DNA from: an uncultured virus (IMG/VR IMGVR_UViG_3300005239_002148)
Taxonomy: Duplodnaviria > Heunggongvirae > Uroviricota > Caudoviricetes
Length of the DNA stretch: 41,875 nucleotides
Virus record (IMG/VR): IMGVR_UViG_3300005239_002148
Strand: one strand, 5' to 3'
Position numbers and translations under genes: made by a program. The notes beneath the pieces are model-generated. The model searched no databases, was not told the origin of the DNA, and was given only the letters and a program-made list of their open reading frames with translations. Numbering within the stretch: position 1 is the stretch's first letter; every line of letters starts with the position of its first letter. This document shows positions 18,501 to 29,000 of this stretch, one piece after another.

Positions 18501-21156
18501 TCTAAATTGAAATCCTAATTCCATAGCGGTATCAGTTCCTGGATTTAGATTAAAATCTTTACTTCCTACATAAGCCCCGTCTTTAAAGGTATGTNNNNNN
18601 NNNNNNNNNNNNNNNNNNNNNNNNNNNNNNNNNNNNNNNNNNNNNNNNNNNNNNNNNNNNNNNNNNNNNNNNNNNNNNNNNNNNNNNNNNNNNNNNNNNN
18701 NNNNNNNNNNNNNNNNNNNNNNNNNNNNNNNNNNNNNNNNNNNNNNNNNNNNNNNNNNNNNNNNNNNNNNNNNNNNNNNNNNNNNNNNNNNNNNNNNNNN
18801 NNNNNNNNNNNNNNNNNNNNNNNNNNNNNNNNNNNNNNNNNNNNNNNNNNNNNNNNNNNNNNNNNNNNNNNNNNNNNNNNNNNNNNNNNNNNNNNNNNNN
18901 NNNNNNNNNNNNNNNNNNNNNNNNNNNNNNNNNNNNNNNNNNNNNNNNNNNNNNNNNNNNNNNNNNNNNNNNNNNNNNNNNNNNNNNNNNNNNNNNNNNN
19001 NNNNNNNNNNNNNNNNNNNNNNNNNNNNNNNNNNNNNNNNNNNNNNNNNNNNNNNNNNNNNNNNNNNNNNNNNNNNNNNNNNNNNNNNNNNNNNNNNNNN
19101 NNNNNNNNNNNNNNNNNNNNNNNNNNNNNNNNNNNNNNNNNNNNNNNNNNNNNNNNNNNNNNNNNNNNNNNNNNNNNNNNNNNNNNNNNNNNNNNNNNNN
19201 NNNNNNNNNNNNNNNNNNNNNNNNNNNNNNNNNNNNNNNNNNNNNNNNNNNNTTAGTAGAAGCAATAAACGGTATAAACTTCATTATATCTGAAATTCCA
19301 ATTATGGTGCCTGAGTGATCACCTAAACGATTTTTATTATGTATTTCAAAATAAATTATTCTACCAGTTGAATTTGGACTAGATGGTGTTCCACAATTAC
19401 TTAATAATATTTTATCATTGCCTCCACCATCACTTTTTAAAATAGAATATCCAAAATTGGTTTTTTCAAATAGCCTTAAAAATAAATTACCGACATTATC
19501 TGTTCTAAAGGGATCTCGCCCTGGAAGGCCATAGTGTATTTCTTGTAGTGCACTAGTTCCAGATGTATATGTTCTTTTATCTCCTTCATGTTTAACGCCC
19601 ATATTTGCTTGATTTGTTAAAACTTTAAATTCACTTATTCCAGCATTATTATTAGCCCATCTTAATAATCCTGAAGAACTACTAGGTCGGTGGCTAGATA
19701 TTCTTATATCGTCTCCGCCATTCGGATAATATTTTTTTGAGCCTAGTTGACTTGGTAAATTACCAATTTTTTTAGTCATTAAAGTTATTTCTGCTGGAAA
19801 TAACTTAACAGAAAATCTTATTTCATGCCATCTATTTCCTCTTTTTCTTTTAGAAGTTCCGGCCGGAACTGGATATCCAGTGTAATCAGAATCTATTTCA
19901 ATATTATTATTACCTGAAGTAGTTGGTAAAGGCAACTCACATGCCAATGCCCCGTTTCCAGCAGAAAGATTTAATTTAGGTGCACCACCAGAATTGACTA
20001 CTTTTAACTCTAAAGCCTCATTATCACCTCCAGCTTTAAATAAAAGTTTATCATTAATAGGTGAACTGTCGATCCAAAAATACCCAGCAAAAGTTGCATT
20101 GTTATAAACATCAAAATTGTTAGTAATAATATTGCGTTTACCGGTAAGATAAGAACTATTCATAACATCATTTGTGGCATATAGTCTATCACTGTCAGGA
20201 ACCAAATACCCGCCACTAAGATAATCATATGTTTTAACTGGATCGCTAACAGAAAGATAACCCATTTTTGGAGCTGCCATATCTATATCAGTAGTAATTT
20301 GCTCCCATTTTAAATTATTTCCAATTCTATATTCATATGGTGCGCTATCGTGATAAGACCAGTCTAAACCTCTAATACGAATACCATTTGTATGTACCAT
20401 TGCAATATTATCTAAGCCGTCGTCTAGACTTTGATAAGAAAAATTAGAAGTATTATAAGTATGTTTATTATCGCCTATTGTCGTATTCGATATTAAATTA
20501 TCATTTTTTCTATACCAAGCACCCATTGTAGTATGAGTTGATTTAGATGAACTTAGTGCATCAGATGAAAATATAGCATACATCCCAGAATCTTTTCCAT
20601 CCGGAGATGATCTTTCATGAACAACATCTGTTATAGGAGAAATTGAAGGGGTTGTATATACACCTGAAGGATGTGAGGTGGTAGCGTGTAAACTTTTTCC
20701 AAATAAATATGAACTTCCTCCCCAAGAATCATTATAAGGATTAACTCCCCTATCAATTTGTACTTCACCACCCGCTATTTCAATTGAATGACTTCTATCT
20801 GGAATTAAATTTATTGGCTCGCCAAGACTTGAATCATTTTCTACAATATCAAAAATAACTGCTGCGTGATCTTGTGTATCTAAAGTAGTAAATTGCCAAA
20901 AATCTATACTAAAATTATCAGTAATTTGATCGTAACCAGTAATTGGAACTTTAAATGCACTATCAATTCTTAAGTGGGCACCGATTGGATTAGTTAAATC
21001 ATGACCAGAAAAGAACATACTCCTACTAGGAAGTATGTTTAAATTTAATTTAGTTCTAATAGATCCATCTTCTTTAACAAACGCTACTGCATCGATATCA
21101 ACTGGATCTGATGGAAGCGATAAATCGCTTATTAAATTTTTAATATAATTAACCAA
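15498..21156 (-). CDS. Large multidomain virion/adhesin protein with LamG(ConA)-like segments, spanning an assembly gap (~1,880 aa if one gene)
   Basis: Open frames on both sides of gap 18595-19252. TTG start with AAGGA RBS under a late promoter. LamG-like motifs NFSIDFWQF, RWHEIRFSV, KWCHNAIVVEQDKIRLWKDG, YQGNIKDFRI. GLADGNCLLLEPGNY resembles a beta-helix start. Continuity across the gap is inferred. Confidence 0.7.
18595..19252. other. Assembly gap (N run); other gaps at 1502-1540, 27312-27583 and 36375-37332
   Basis: Runs of N in the sequence, all within coding regions. Confidence 1.
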
Positions 21157-21184
21157 TCATACATTCCTTAATAGTATTTTTTAC

Positions 21185-21192
21185 TATTTATA
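21185..21192 (-). promoter_or_regulatory. T4-type late promoter TATAAATA
   Basis: Exact intergenic match about 30 nt upstream of the 21156 start. Confidence 0.85.
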
Positions 21193-21251
21193 TAATTAAT
21201 TCCAATCAAAAGATCCATTTCCAGTGAATGAATAATATATTAAGGTTCAGC

Positions 21252-23894
21252 CTATCCCTGTAATTCTGTTGTCGGTGGTGTAAAGTTTGAAGTATATCTT
21301 ACAAGCCCTTTTGTGATTCGGAAATCTTGAATATAGCCATCAAGATTGTCATCTGAGAGATACTGCCCAGCGCCTATTACTGCTCTCCAAATCGTGCCAG
21401 TTTTCTTTGTCGGGAAAACATGAGCATATGACCACATTAAAGTTCCATTTAGATACCATTTGCAATCTGCATTTGCATCACATGTTACAGCCCAATGTTG
21501 CCACTCTCCAGTTTGAACTACTGATGGAATACTAATATAATCACTATGAAATGAACTGCCCTGACTACTCTGGTGATAAAGCCTATTATTATAGATGAAG
21601 AAGGATGATTCATTTCCAGTTGTAGCACTCCAATTAGCAGTCCCACCTCCGCAACTATAAAAAATTATATTTACATTAGTGGCATTAAGATACGCCCAAA
21701 ATTCAATCGTAAATTCTTCATCGAAAGTTAGGTCAGTGGTGGATGGTGTGCCATTAGAAAATACAATATAATCTCCCGTTCCATTAAATGCAATAGATTT
21801 TGTTCCAGCAAATTTTACTGTTGTTGTATCTGTTGCGACATTACCATAGCATGTTAAAGCGTGTTGCTGACTCAAATCTGAAATAGATGTTTCTGGATTG
21901 AGTAAGAATTTTGTATCTGAATCTGCGACTACAGGAGAAGTTGGCGGTGTGAAATTTGCCGTATATCTCACAACACCTTTTGTGACACTAAAATCTTGAA
22001 TAGAACCTTCCATTGGTATTTGAACAGCACCACTGTAATATCTTGCGCCGAGTTGAAATGTTTTTTCAGTAAAAGTCCATGCAGTAGATTTTGTTCCAGT
22101 GCTAGTATCTAAATTTCCGTTTATAAAAATTCTAATTGTATTGTCACTGTCTGTAAATGTAATCGCAATGTGATTCCATATTTTTCCAAGTTGAATTGGC
22201 GTAGAACTTTCAACCAAAACAGCAACGCCGTTGTCTACGACTCTCACTTTATATTCGCCACTAACTTCGTATATCATAGCAGCCAAACTGCCATTATCAC
22301 GACCAAATGTAAACATACCTTGCGAAATAGTGGTATTGTAAATGATATTATCAAACTTGTACCATCCCTCAATAGTCCAAGAGTCTGTTCCCAACTCTAC
22401 AAAATTTGATACTGACAAATAATCACCGGTACCATCAAAATATGCAGACGCACCATGAGAGGCTTCTGAATATTCAGCATTATCAAACAAAGATGTTGGA
22501 GATTTACTTGGTAATCTCACGTTGTTACCATTAGTGAAAGTTCCAGCATGAATAGAAAAATTATTAGTAGATTCATCTTTGATATATGGTAAATCTCCAA
22601 CCAGTAAGTATGTATTTGCAATTGCAGTCAAGGGTAATGCAGGGGGAGTAAACGCAGATTCATACACAGATGATCCTATAACAACTCTAGTATCTCTCAT
22701 TTCTCCGGTATAACTGGTTGCTCCGGTTCCACCATCTCTTTTACCAAGTCTTGTTTCTTCAAATTGAAAAGTGGTTGTATTACTTGCAATAGTAGTAATT
22801 AAAGTCCCGTCTATAAACCACCTTAAATTATTTGAAGAGTCTCTTGTCACGGCGAGATGATGCCACTGATCGTCATTTATAACTTCTGATGTGGCATTCG
22901 CCTGATAAACAAATCCGTCAGTGTATATACTAACTGCTCCTATATATGAACCAGAATACTCAGGAAAAAGTTGAAGGTTATTTGCGGCGTTGCCGCCACT
23001 TCCATTAGATGCAAAAATTCGTGCATTTGGACTGCCGGATGGTGGAGAATTGACTGTAAATTTTACCCATGTTTCTACACAAAATTCGCCAGAAGCAGCA
23101 ACGGCACCAGAACCTGTTGTGTTATTAAATTTTATGTTATTATCATCTGCCACTGAGTTTTCAAATTTCAATGAATATCCACCATGACGATATGGACTAA
23201 ATGCTGATGTTGCTACATCTCCATTAGCAGTAATCGTATAATTTGAGGTAGAGGCGTCATCAAAGGTTTGGTTCGAACCAGCTGCAGTTGCTTTGACTGA
23301 CAACGCGGTGTATCTTGAATTTTGTACAACAAATGATAATGCAAATGAGCTTACTGCACTTACCAATCCATTAACTCCATCAGTCACGCTAAAGGTTAAA
23401 CTAAAAGTTCCAGCATTTGCACTATTAGTTGAAGGTGTAATAGTAAATACATTATCTGATTGAGCAACGGTTGCTGTTGATCCAAGCGATCCTGTTGTAA
23501 CTGCATAAGACCAAGTTAATGGAAATCCTTCTGGATCAGTAGAAACTGCCGTGATTGTAGTTGCTGTACCATCAGATGATAATGAATACGCGCCGTTAAC
23601 TCCAGTAATTGCAGTTGGAGATGCATTTGTAATAGTAGCAATTATATACCAACCGACACCATCAAAAATATATAATTTATCAGTATTAGTTACAAGAACA
23701 TTGTCACCAGCTTTCATTCCTGTTAATGATGATAATTCGCTAAATGCGGTGACAGTTCTCGATCCAGTAGCGCCTTCTGCCATAGAATCAGCTGTTATTT
23801 TTCTATTAGAAGCAGGTGTTGAAGCTTCAGCTACTGATGCTAAAGCTCCAGATTTTCCAAATGCTCTTGAGATAAGAGATGCTCTCGATACCAT
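21252..23894 (-). CDS. Virion protein with three LamG/concanavalin A-like lectin domains and an N-terminal Ig/cadherin-like module
   Basis: 880 aa. Three repeats of FDGTGDY...F/WT(I/V)ExW...WHHLAVTR...(F/Y)(I/L)(D/N)G...G(YI)QDFRITKG..RYTSNFTPPT. STDPEGFPLTWSY...AGTFSLTFSVTDG module. Confidence 0.9.
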   Translation of the reverse strand: MVSRASLISRAFGKSGALASVAEASTPASNRKITADSMAEGATGSRTVTAFSELSSLTGMKAGDNVLVTNTDKLYIFDGVGWYIIATITNASPTAITGVNGAYSLSSDGTATTITAVSTDPEGFPLTWSYAVTTGSLGSTATVAQSDNVFTITPSTNSANAGTFSLTFSVTDGVNGLVSAVSSFALSFVVQNSRYTALSVKATAAGSNQTFDDASTSNYTITANGDVATSAFSPYRHGGYSLKFENSVADDNNIKFNNTTGSGAVAASGEFCVETWVKFTVNSPPSGSPNARIFASNGSGGNAANNLQLFPEYSGSYIGAVSIYTDGFVYQANATSEVINDDQWHHLAVTRDSSNNLRWFIDGTLITTIASNTTTFQFEETRLGKRDGGTGATSYTGEMRDTRVVIGSSVYESAFTPPALPLTAIANTYLLVGDLPYIKDESTNNFSIHAGTFTNGNNVRLPSKSPTSLFDNAEYSEASHGASAYFDGTGDYLSVSNFVELGTDSWTIEGWYKFDNIIYNTTISQGMFTFGRDNGSLAAMIYEVSGEYKVRVVDNGVAVLVESSTPIQLGKIWNHIAITFTDSDNTIRIFINGNLDTSTGTKSTAWTFTEKTFQLGARYYSGAVQIPMEGSIQDFSVTKGVVRYTANFTPPTSPVVADSDTKFLLNPETSISDLSQQHALTCYGNVATDTTTVKFAGTKSIAFNGTGDYIVFSNGTPSTTDLTFDEEFTIEFWAYLNATNVNIIFYSCGGGTANWSATTGNESSFFIYNNRLYHQSSQGSSFHSDYISIPSVVQTGEWQHWAVTCDANADCKWYLNGTLMWSYAHVFPTKKTGTIWRAVIGAGQYLSDDNLDGYIQDFRITKGLVRYTSNFTPPTTELQG

Positions 23895-23906
23895 TACTTT
23901 TGTCCT

Positions 23907-26057
23907 TTATTTCTCTGTGAATAACCAACCATTAGCTACGTTATAATATACCAATCCAAATGCTGCTCTATTAACATCAATTGTTAAATCTGAATCACTG
24001 CCATCAATTTTATGACCGTTTCTTCCAATTGTAATATTATTTGTAGCAGCTTGTCCTGTTCCATCAATAATTCTAACTTCATCTCCAAGCGTTGCTGTTG
24101 CTGGAAGATTAACTGTTTTAGCAGTACTTGTATCAACAATTAATCTTTGATTGGCAACTGCAGTAATTGGTGTTGTAGTAATCTCTGTCCATGCTGCAGA
24201 AGTATTAACTCTTGCCGCAATATATGCGCTATCAACTAATCCTGCAAGTGCTGCAGCATCTACTGTAACATTTGAAGCTTTATTTTCAATTGCAGTAATT
24301 ACAATTTCATCAGCTGTAGAAGCACCAGACGTTAGCGTAATAGTATTTGTTATTGGATTAGATGTAAAGTCATCTGAATCCATAAGTTTAATACCATTTT
24401 GGAATACATTAAAGTTACTTGAATCAATTCCTAATGTTTTAGAATTAGCATCAGCACCAGTAAACGCTGTTTGACCGTTTGTAGCGATAAACTTAAAGGT
24501 GTTCATAAATGTATCGCCAACAACTATGTGCGAAGTTGTAACAGTTTGTGATAAAGTATTAATTACAAGATCATCACCTGAGTCAGCAGTAAATCCATTT
24601 AATGTTACTGAATTTGCTGCAGCATTAACTGTATAATCTACACCAGATACTAATCGAATACCATTATTAAATACTTGATAATTAGCAGTATCAATTGCTA
24701 GAGGTAATCCATTAGCATCATTTCCAGAGAATACTGTTTGTCCAGAATCGGCTATGTAATAATAATTAGCAAAGTTAACAGCATTGGTAAATGTATTAGC
24801 AGATACTCGAGCTGCAACGTATGCACTATCAATCATTCCAGTTACTGCAGCTGAGTCTGTTCCTGCCGGTAACACACCTGGAGCCCAATAACTATTTCCA
24901 TTATCCCAAATTAATATCTGACCTTCAGTTGGTGCAGTTGTATGAACATCAGCTAATGAAGTAATTGAAGATGTATTATCTAATTTTGTTCCAAGAGCCG
25001 TAGCTGTAGTAGCGGCATAATTTGCATCATCACCAAGAGCAGCAGCTAATTCATTTAAAGTATTTAATGTAGCAGGAGCAGCATCTACTAGAGCAGTAAC
25101 TGCTGAATCGACTATATTAACAACATCACTACTACTGAGACCTCCTGTGCCAATTATAGCACTAAGATTAGTAATAACTAAGTCATCTCCTAAGGCGGCT
25201 CCTGTAGTAAGAACTAGCGTAGTTGTTCCAGATACAGTATAATCAATACCTTTTAATAAGTGGAAACCATTTAGATATGCTTGCACTCCCGTAGAATTTA
25301 TAGCAAGTGTATTACCAGCAACATCATTTCCAGTAAATGATGTTTGATTGGCAGTTGCAGTAAATCTAAAGTTAGAATACTCAGATTGCCCTGTCCGCGC
25401 GATAATATAATCACTATCAATTAAAGCTAGTATTGTCGCACTATCGGCAGAACCGCCACCACCGCCTGAAGCAGCACCTGGAATCCATTTACTTGATGCG
25501 GTATTATATACTAATGCCTGACCATCTGTTGGAGATGGGGCATTAACATCTGTAAGAGCGCCGAGCGTTGTTACTCCAGCTGAAGATCTTGCAAGGATAT
25601 AATCACTATCAATTAACTGAAGAACTTCAGCAGAATCAAATGATGATAATATTTGTCTTGCTTGAACATATGCTGAATCAACCATCCCGCTTACGGCTGA
25701 ACTATCAATCCCTTGTGGAACAACTCTTGCTTGAACATATGCTGAATCAACCATCCCGCTTACGGCTGAACTATCAATCCCTTGTGGAACAACTCTTGCT
25801 TGAACATATGCTGAATCGACTAATGTTCTTACGCCTACAGAATCATATTTTTCTCCAATAAGAGCTGTAATGGTAGTTGAGAAATTAGCATCGTTTCCAA
25901 GTGCAGTTGCAAACTCATTTAGAGTATCCATTGCAGCTGGAGCGCCATCAATTAAATTATTAATAGCAGTGGTAATATCAGCGCCAGAAGCAAGATCTAC
26001 CCAAGAACCAGCATGAGCAAAGTATGCTTTTCCAGTTGCATGAACATGAGTAAACAT
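23907..26057 (-). CDS. C-terminal part of the giant tail/whisker fibre protein (split by a 1-nt frameshift near 26080)
   Basis: Two DGAP..(L/M)(D/N)TLNE.A.ALG.DAN fibre motifs, three ATxxQTxFTG...NG..L....D(Y/F)T modules, and a C-terminal VDTSTAKTVNLPA...GDEVRIID...NNITIGRNG...LVYY...GW domain common in T4-like fibres. Confidence 0.85.
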   Translation of the reverse strand: MFTHVHATGKAYFAHAGSWVDLASGADITTAINNLIDGAPAAMDTLNEFATALGNDANFSTTITALIGEKYDSVGVRTLVDSAYVQARVVPQGIDSSAVSGMVDSAYVQARVVPQGIDSSAVSGMVDSAYVQARQILSSFDSAEVLQLIDSDYILARSSAGVTTLGALTDVNAPSPTDGQALVYNTASSKWIPGAASGGGGGSADSATILALIDSDYIIARTGQSEYSNFRFTATANQTSFTGNDVAGNTLAINSTGVQAYLNGFHLLKGIDYTVSGTTTLVLTTGAALGDDLVITNLSAIIGTGGLSSSDVVNIVDSAVTALVDAAPATLNTLNELAAALGDDANYAATTATALGTKLDNTSSITSLADVHTTAPTEGQILIWDNGNSYWAPGVLPAGTDSAAVTGMIDSAYVAARVSANTFTNAVNFANYYYIADSGQTVFSGNDANGLPLAIDTANYQVFNNGIRLVSGVDYTVNAAANSVTLNGFTADSGDDLVINTLSQTVTTSHIVVGDTFMNTFKFIATNGQTAFTGADANSKTLGIDSSNFNVFQNGIKLMDSDDFTSNPITNTITLTSGASTADEIVITAIENKASNVTVDAAALAGLVDSAYIAARVNTSAAWTEITTTPITAVANQRLIVDTSTAKTVNLPATATLGDEVRIIDGTGQAATNNITIGRNGHKIDGSDSDLTIDVNRAAFGLVYYNVANGWLFTEK
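25656..25817. repeat. Perfect 69-bp tandem repeat (~2.3 copies) encoding VDSAYVQARVVPQGIDSSAVSGM
   Basis: Identical units start at 25656, 25725 and 25794. Confidence 0.95.
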
Positions 26058-29000
26058 ACCGTGATAAGACGCAGCGCTTGTAGATCACTTAGCGCTGAAT
26101 AAACATTAGAATATAGGATTTTATTTGCACCCATATCCAGATCTTTACCGGTAATATTGCTATCAACTCGTAAATCTGTATAATATAGATTTGAATCTTC
26201 AGTAAGATTCTTTGTAGTTGCTCCACTTAGATCAATTGGAAGAGCCACACCTAAAGAATCAGTAGTAGTAAATACACCATTACTTTCTTTAATTCTTATT
26301 CCACCAAGATGGATAGTTGAACCACTTAAATATAAATCTCTCCATGCAGCAGTTGAACTACCGAGATCAAATAATTTATCTCCGGCCGGAAGAATAGTGT
26401 TAAATGTTACGTCAGTATTTTCTAATGGAATGCCTTGCCAATTTCCACCTTTTGCTATTCTTGCAGTATTATCACCTGTAGTAACTGCAACCATACCAGT
26501 ATGCGTAGCGGCATTAGGTAATGCACCAGTATTGGATGCACTCGATTTAAATGTAATATTATGGCTACCAAAATCAACTGGTCGTGTACCAATTCCGGTT
26601 ACACGATTAATGTAATCGCTGTCAATAATATTAATAACGTAATCACTATCAGCTACAAATTTGATATAATCACTATCGGCAATTGATTTGATATAATCAC
26701 TATCAGCTACAAATTTGATATAATCACTATCGGCAATTGATTTGATATAATCACTATCGGCAATTGATTTGATATAATCACTATCTGCTACTGATTTGAT
26801 ATAGTCTGAATCTACAATTGATTTTACATAATCTGAATCTACAATTGATTTTACATAATCTGAATCTGCTGCCGATTTAATGTAATCACTGTCTGCTATT
26901 GATTTAATATAAACATCATTAGCAATAAATTTAATGTAATCACTGTCGGCTACCGTTTTAACATAATCACTATCAGCTATTGATTTAATATAATCACTAT
27001 CAGCTATTGATTTAATATAATCACTATCAGCTATTGATTTAATATATTCAGAATTAATAATAAATTTAAAATGATCTGAATCAAGTTTACCATCAGCAGT
27101 TAAATCTGGTAATTGTATTCTTTTGTTAATAAAGGCTGAATCCATAATGCCATCAATAATATCAACACCGTTAATGTGATATTTCATACCTGCAGCGATA
27201 TTAATACCGTCTTTTGCGATTTTGGGGAGAGCAGGTGCGCCTATGTCAATTGCAAAATTGCCAGATGGAGAAGTGCGGTCATAAAGTATTGATGACCGAG
27301 TCGTTGTAGCTNNNNNNNNNNNNNNNNNNNNNNNNNNNNNNNNNNNNNNNNNNNNNNNNNNNNNNNNNNNNNNNNNNNNNNNNNNNNNNNNNNNNNNNNN
27401 NNNNNNNNNNNNNNNNNNNNNNNNNNNNNNNNNNNNNNNNNNNNNNNNNNNNNNNNNNNNNNNNNNNNNNNNNNNNNNNNNNNNNNNNNNNNNNNNNNNN
27501 NNNNNNNNNNNNNNNNNNNNNNNNNNNNNNNNNNNNNNNNNNNNNNNNNNNNNNNNNNNNNNNNNNNNNNNNNNNNNNNNNNNTAGTAAATGATAATTAG
27601 GATCGGCGATTGCGCCTATACCCATTTTAAAGCCAGGAAGATTACCATTAAATACACCACTAAGTTCACGCCTCATATAATTGTTAGTGGTTAATATTTG
27701 ATTGACTAAACCAATTCCTTCATCCGAATTTAAAAATGCGGTATCATCAAGATTCGCCATGATATAATTTTGATCAATCGCTTGTTGATAGGTTTGACCC
27801 TTTGCAAATCCATGATTTTGTTGTCTTTCATATACATAGTCAGAATCAAAATAATCTGTAGCAGAATCAGGACCAATATAAAATTGTGCAACCTGGTGTG
27901 TAAGATAAACTTGATTGCCTTGATTTGAATCAAGAATCTTATCACCTTGCCAATATAGCGATTGTACGTTGACACTACCATTAACATCTAAATCGTAACC
28001 AGGTGATGAAGTTTTAATCCCAACTCTTGGAGCTGTAGTACAAAGATAACCAGTGGTTGCATCATTGTAAAAATACATTGATTTCGGCATAGTTGCTCGA
28101 TAGTGTGTAGGATCAATATGTGATTGTACCCATCCAGCATCAGCATTAAATCTTATCCAAGATTGATTAGCAACATTGTTTCTAATATAATGATAAAGAG
28201 TTTGACCATGATGATATGCGTCACCTGTCCAATTTATGCTTCCATCAATATCTACCATATAAGCCGTATTAGGACTTACTTTATTAACCCCTACTGTTCC
28301 ACCCATCAGAGCTATGACATTATTAGCTGCAACAGTTGCTTGTACAGAACTACTTGTATATGAACCAATTGCAACAGAATTTGTTCCAGTTACAGATACA
28401 CCGGAACCTATCGATATTGCACCATTACCCGAAGCTTGAGCATATGAACCTAAAGCCATACCACCATTACTGACAGTATTTTCTTTACCAAATCCAAACC
28501 CATTTTCGCCTACATTATTTTTACTACCAAATGCATAAGCAAGATTAGATGTGCCACCGTCGACTGTATTCTCGTAACCATAAGCGTGACCTCCATTAAC
28601 AATAGTATTTAGATCGCCATAAGCCCAACCAAAATCAGTAATTATATTGTCTTTACCGTAAGCATCACCAAATCCAGTAACGTTATTACGAGTACCGTAA
28701 ATATTCCCGCCTTTGGTTTGTATATTTTGACCACCAAATATATAGTTACCTTGCCCCCCATTTGCGGAAGTGGATCTACCGGTAAGGTTCTTGTTGTCTG
28801 AACCATATACCCTTGTTCCATACCAATTCTCATTAGAAGAGCCATATACTTCTGAATTATATACAATATTTTTATTTTTATTGCCATAAACTTTAGCCGC
28901 GTTGTTTACAGTCTCATTTGCATCACCATAAATTTTAGCAATTTTAGATGCATTTAAATTAACAGAACCAAATACATGTGATTCAGAGATACTAGTATTA

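Noticed and set aside
18591..19256. X-filled ORFs (18591..19256, 36347..37393, and the X-spanning starts or ends of 15498..19265 and 36304..37707)
   Set aside because: These are artefacts of translating through N gaps.
26060..26100. Programmed ribosomal frameshift joining the fibre ORFs
   Set aside because: There is no slippery heptamer or obvious stimulatory structure, and the same single-base-loss pattern recurs at unrelated sites, which favours sequencing error.
26603..27088. Tandem array as a CRISPR array
   Set aside because: Units are contiguous 27-mers with no unique spacers, stay in frame, and vary mostly at synonymous positions. No cas genes are present.
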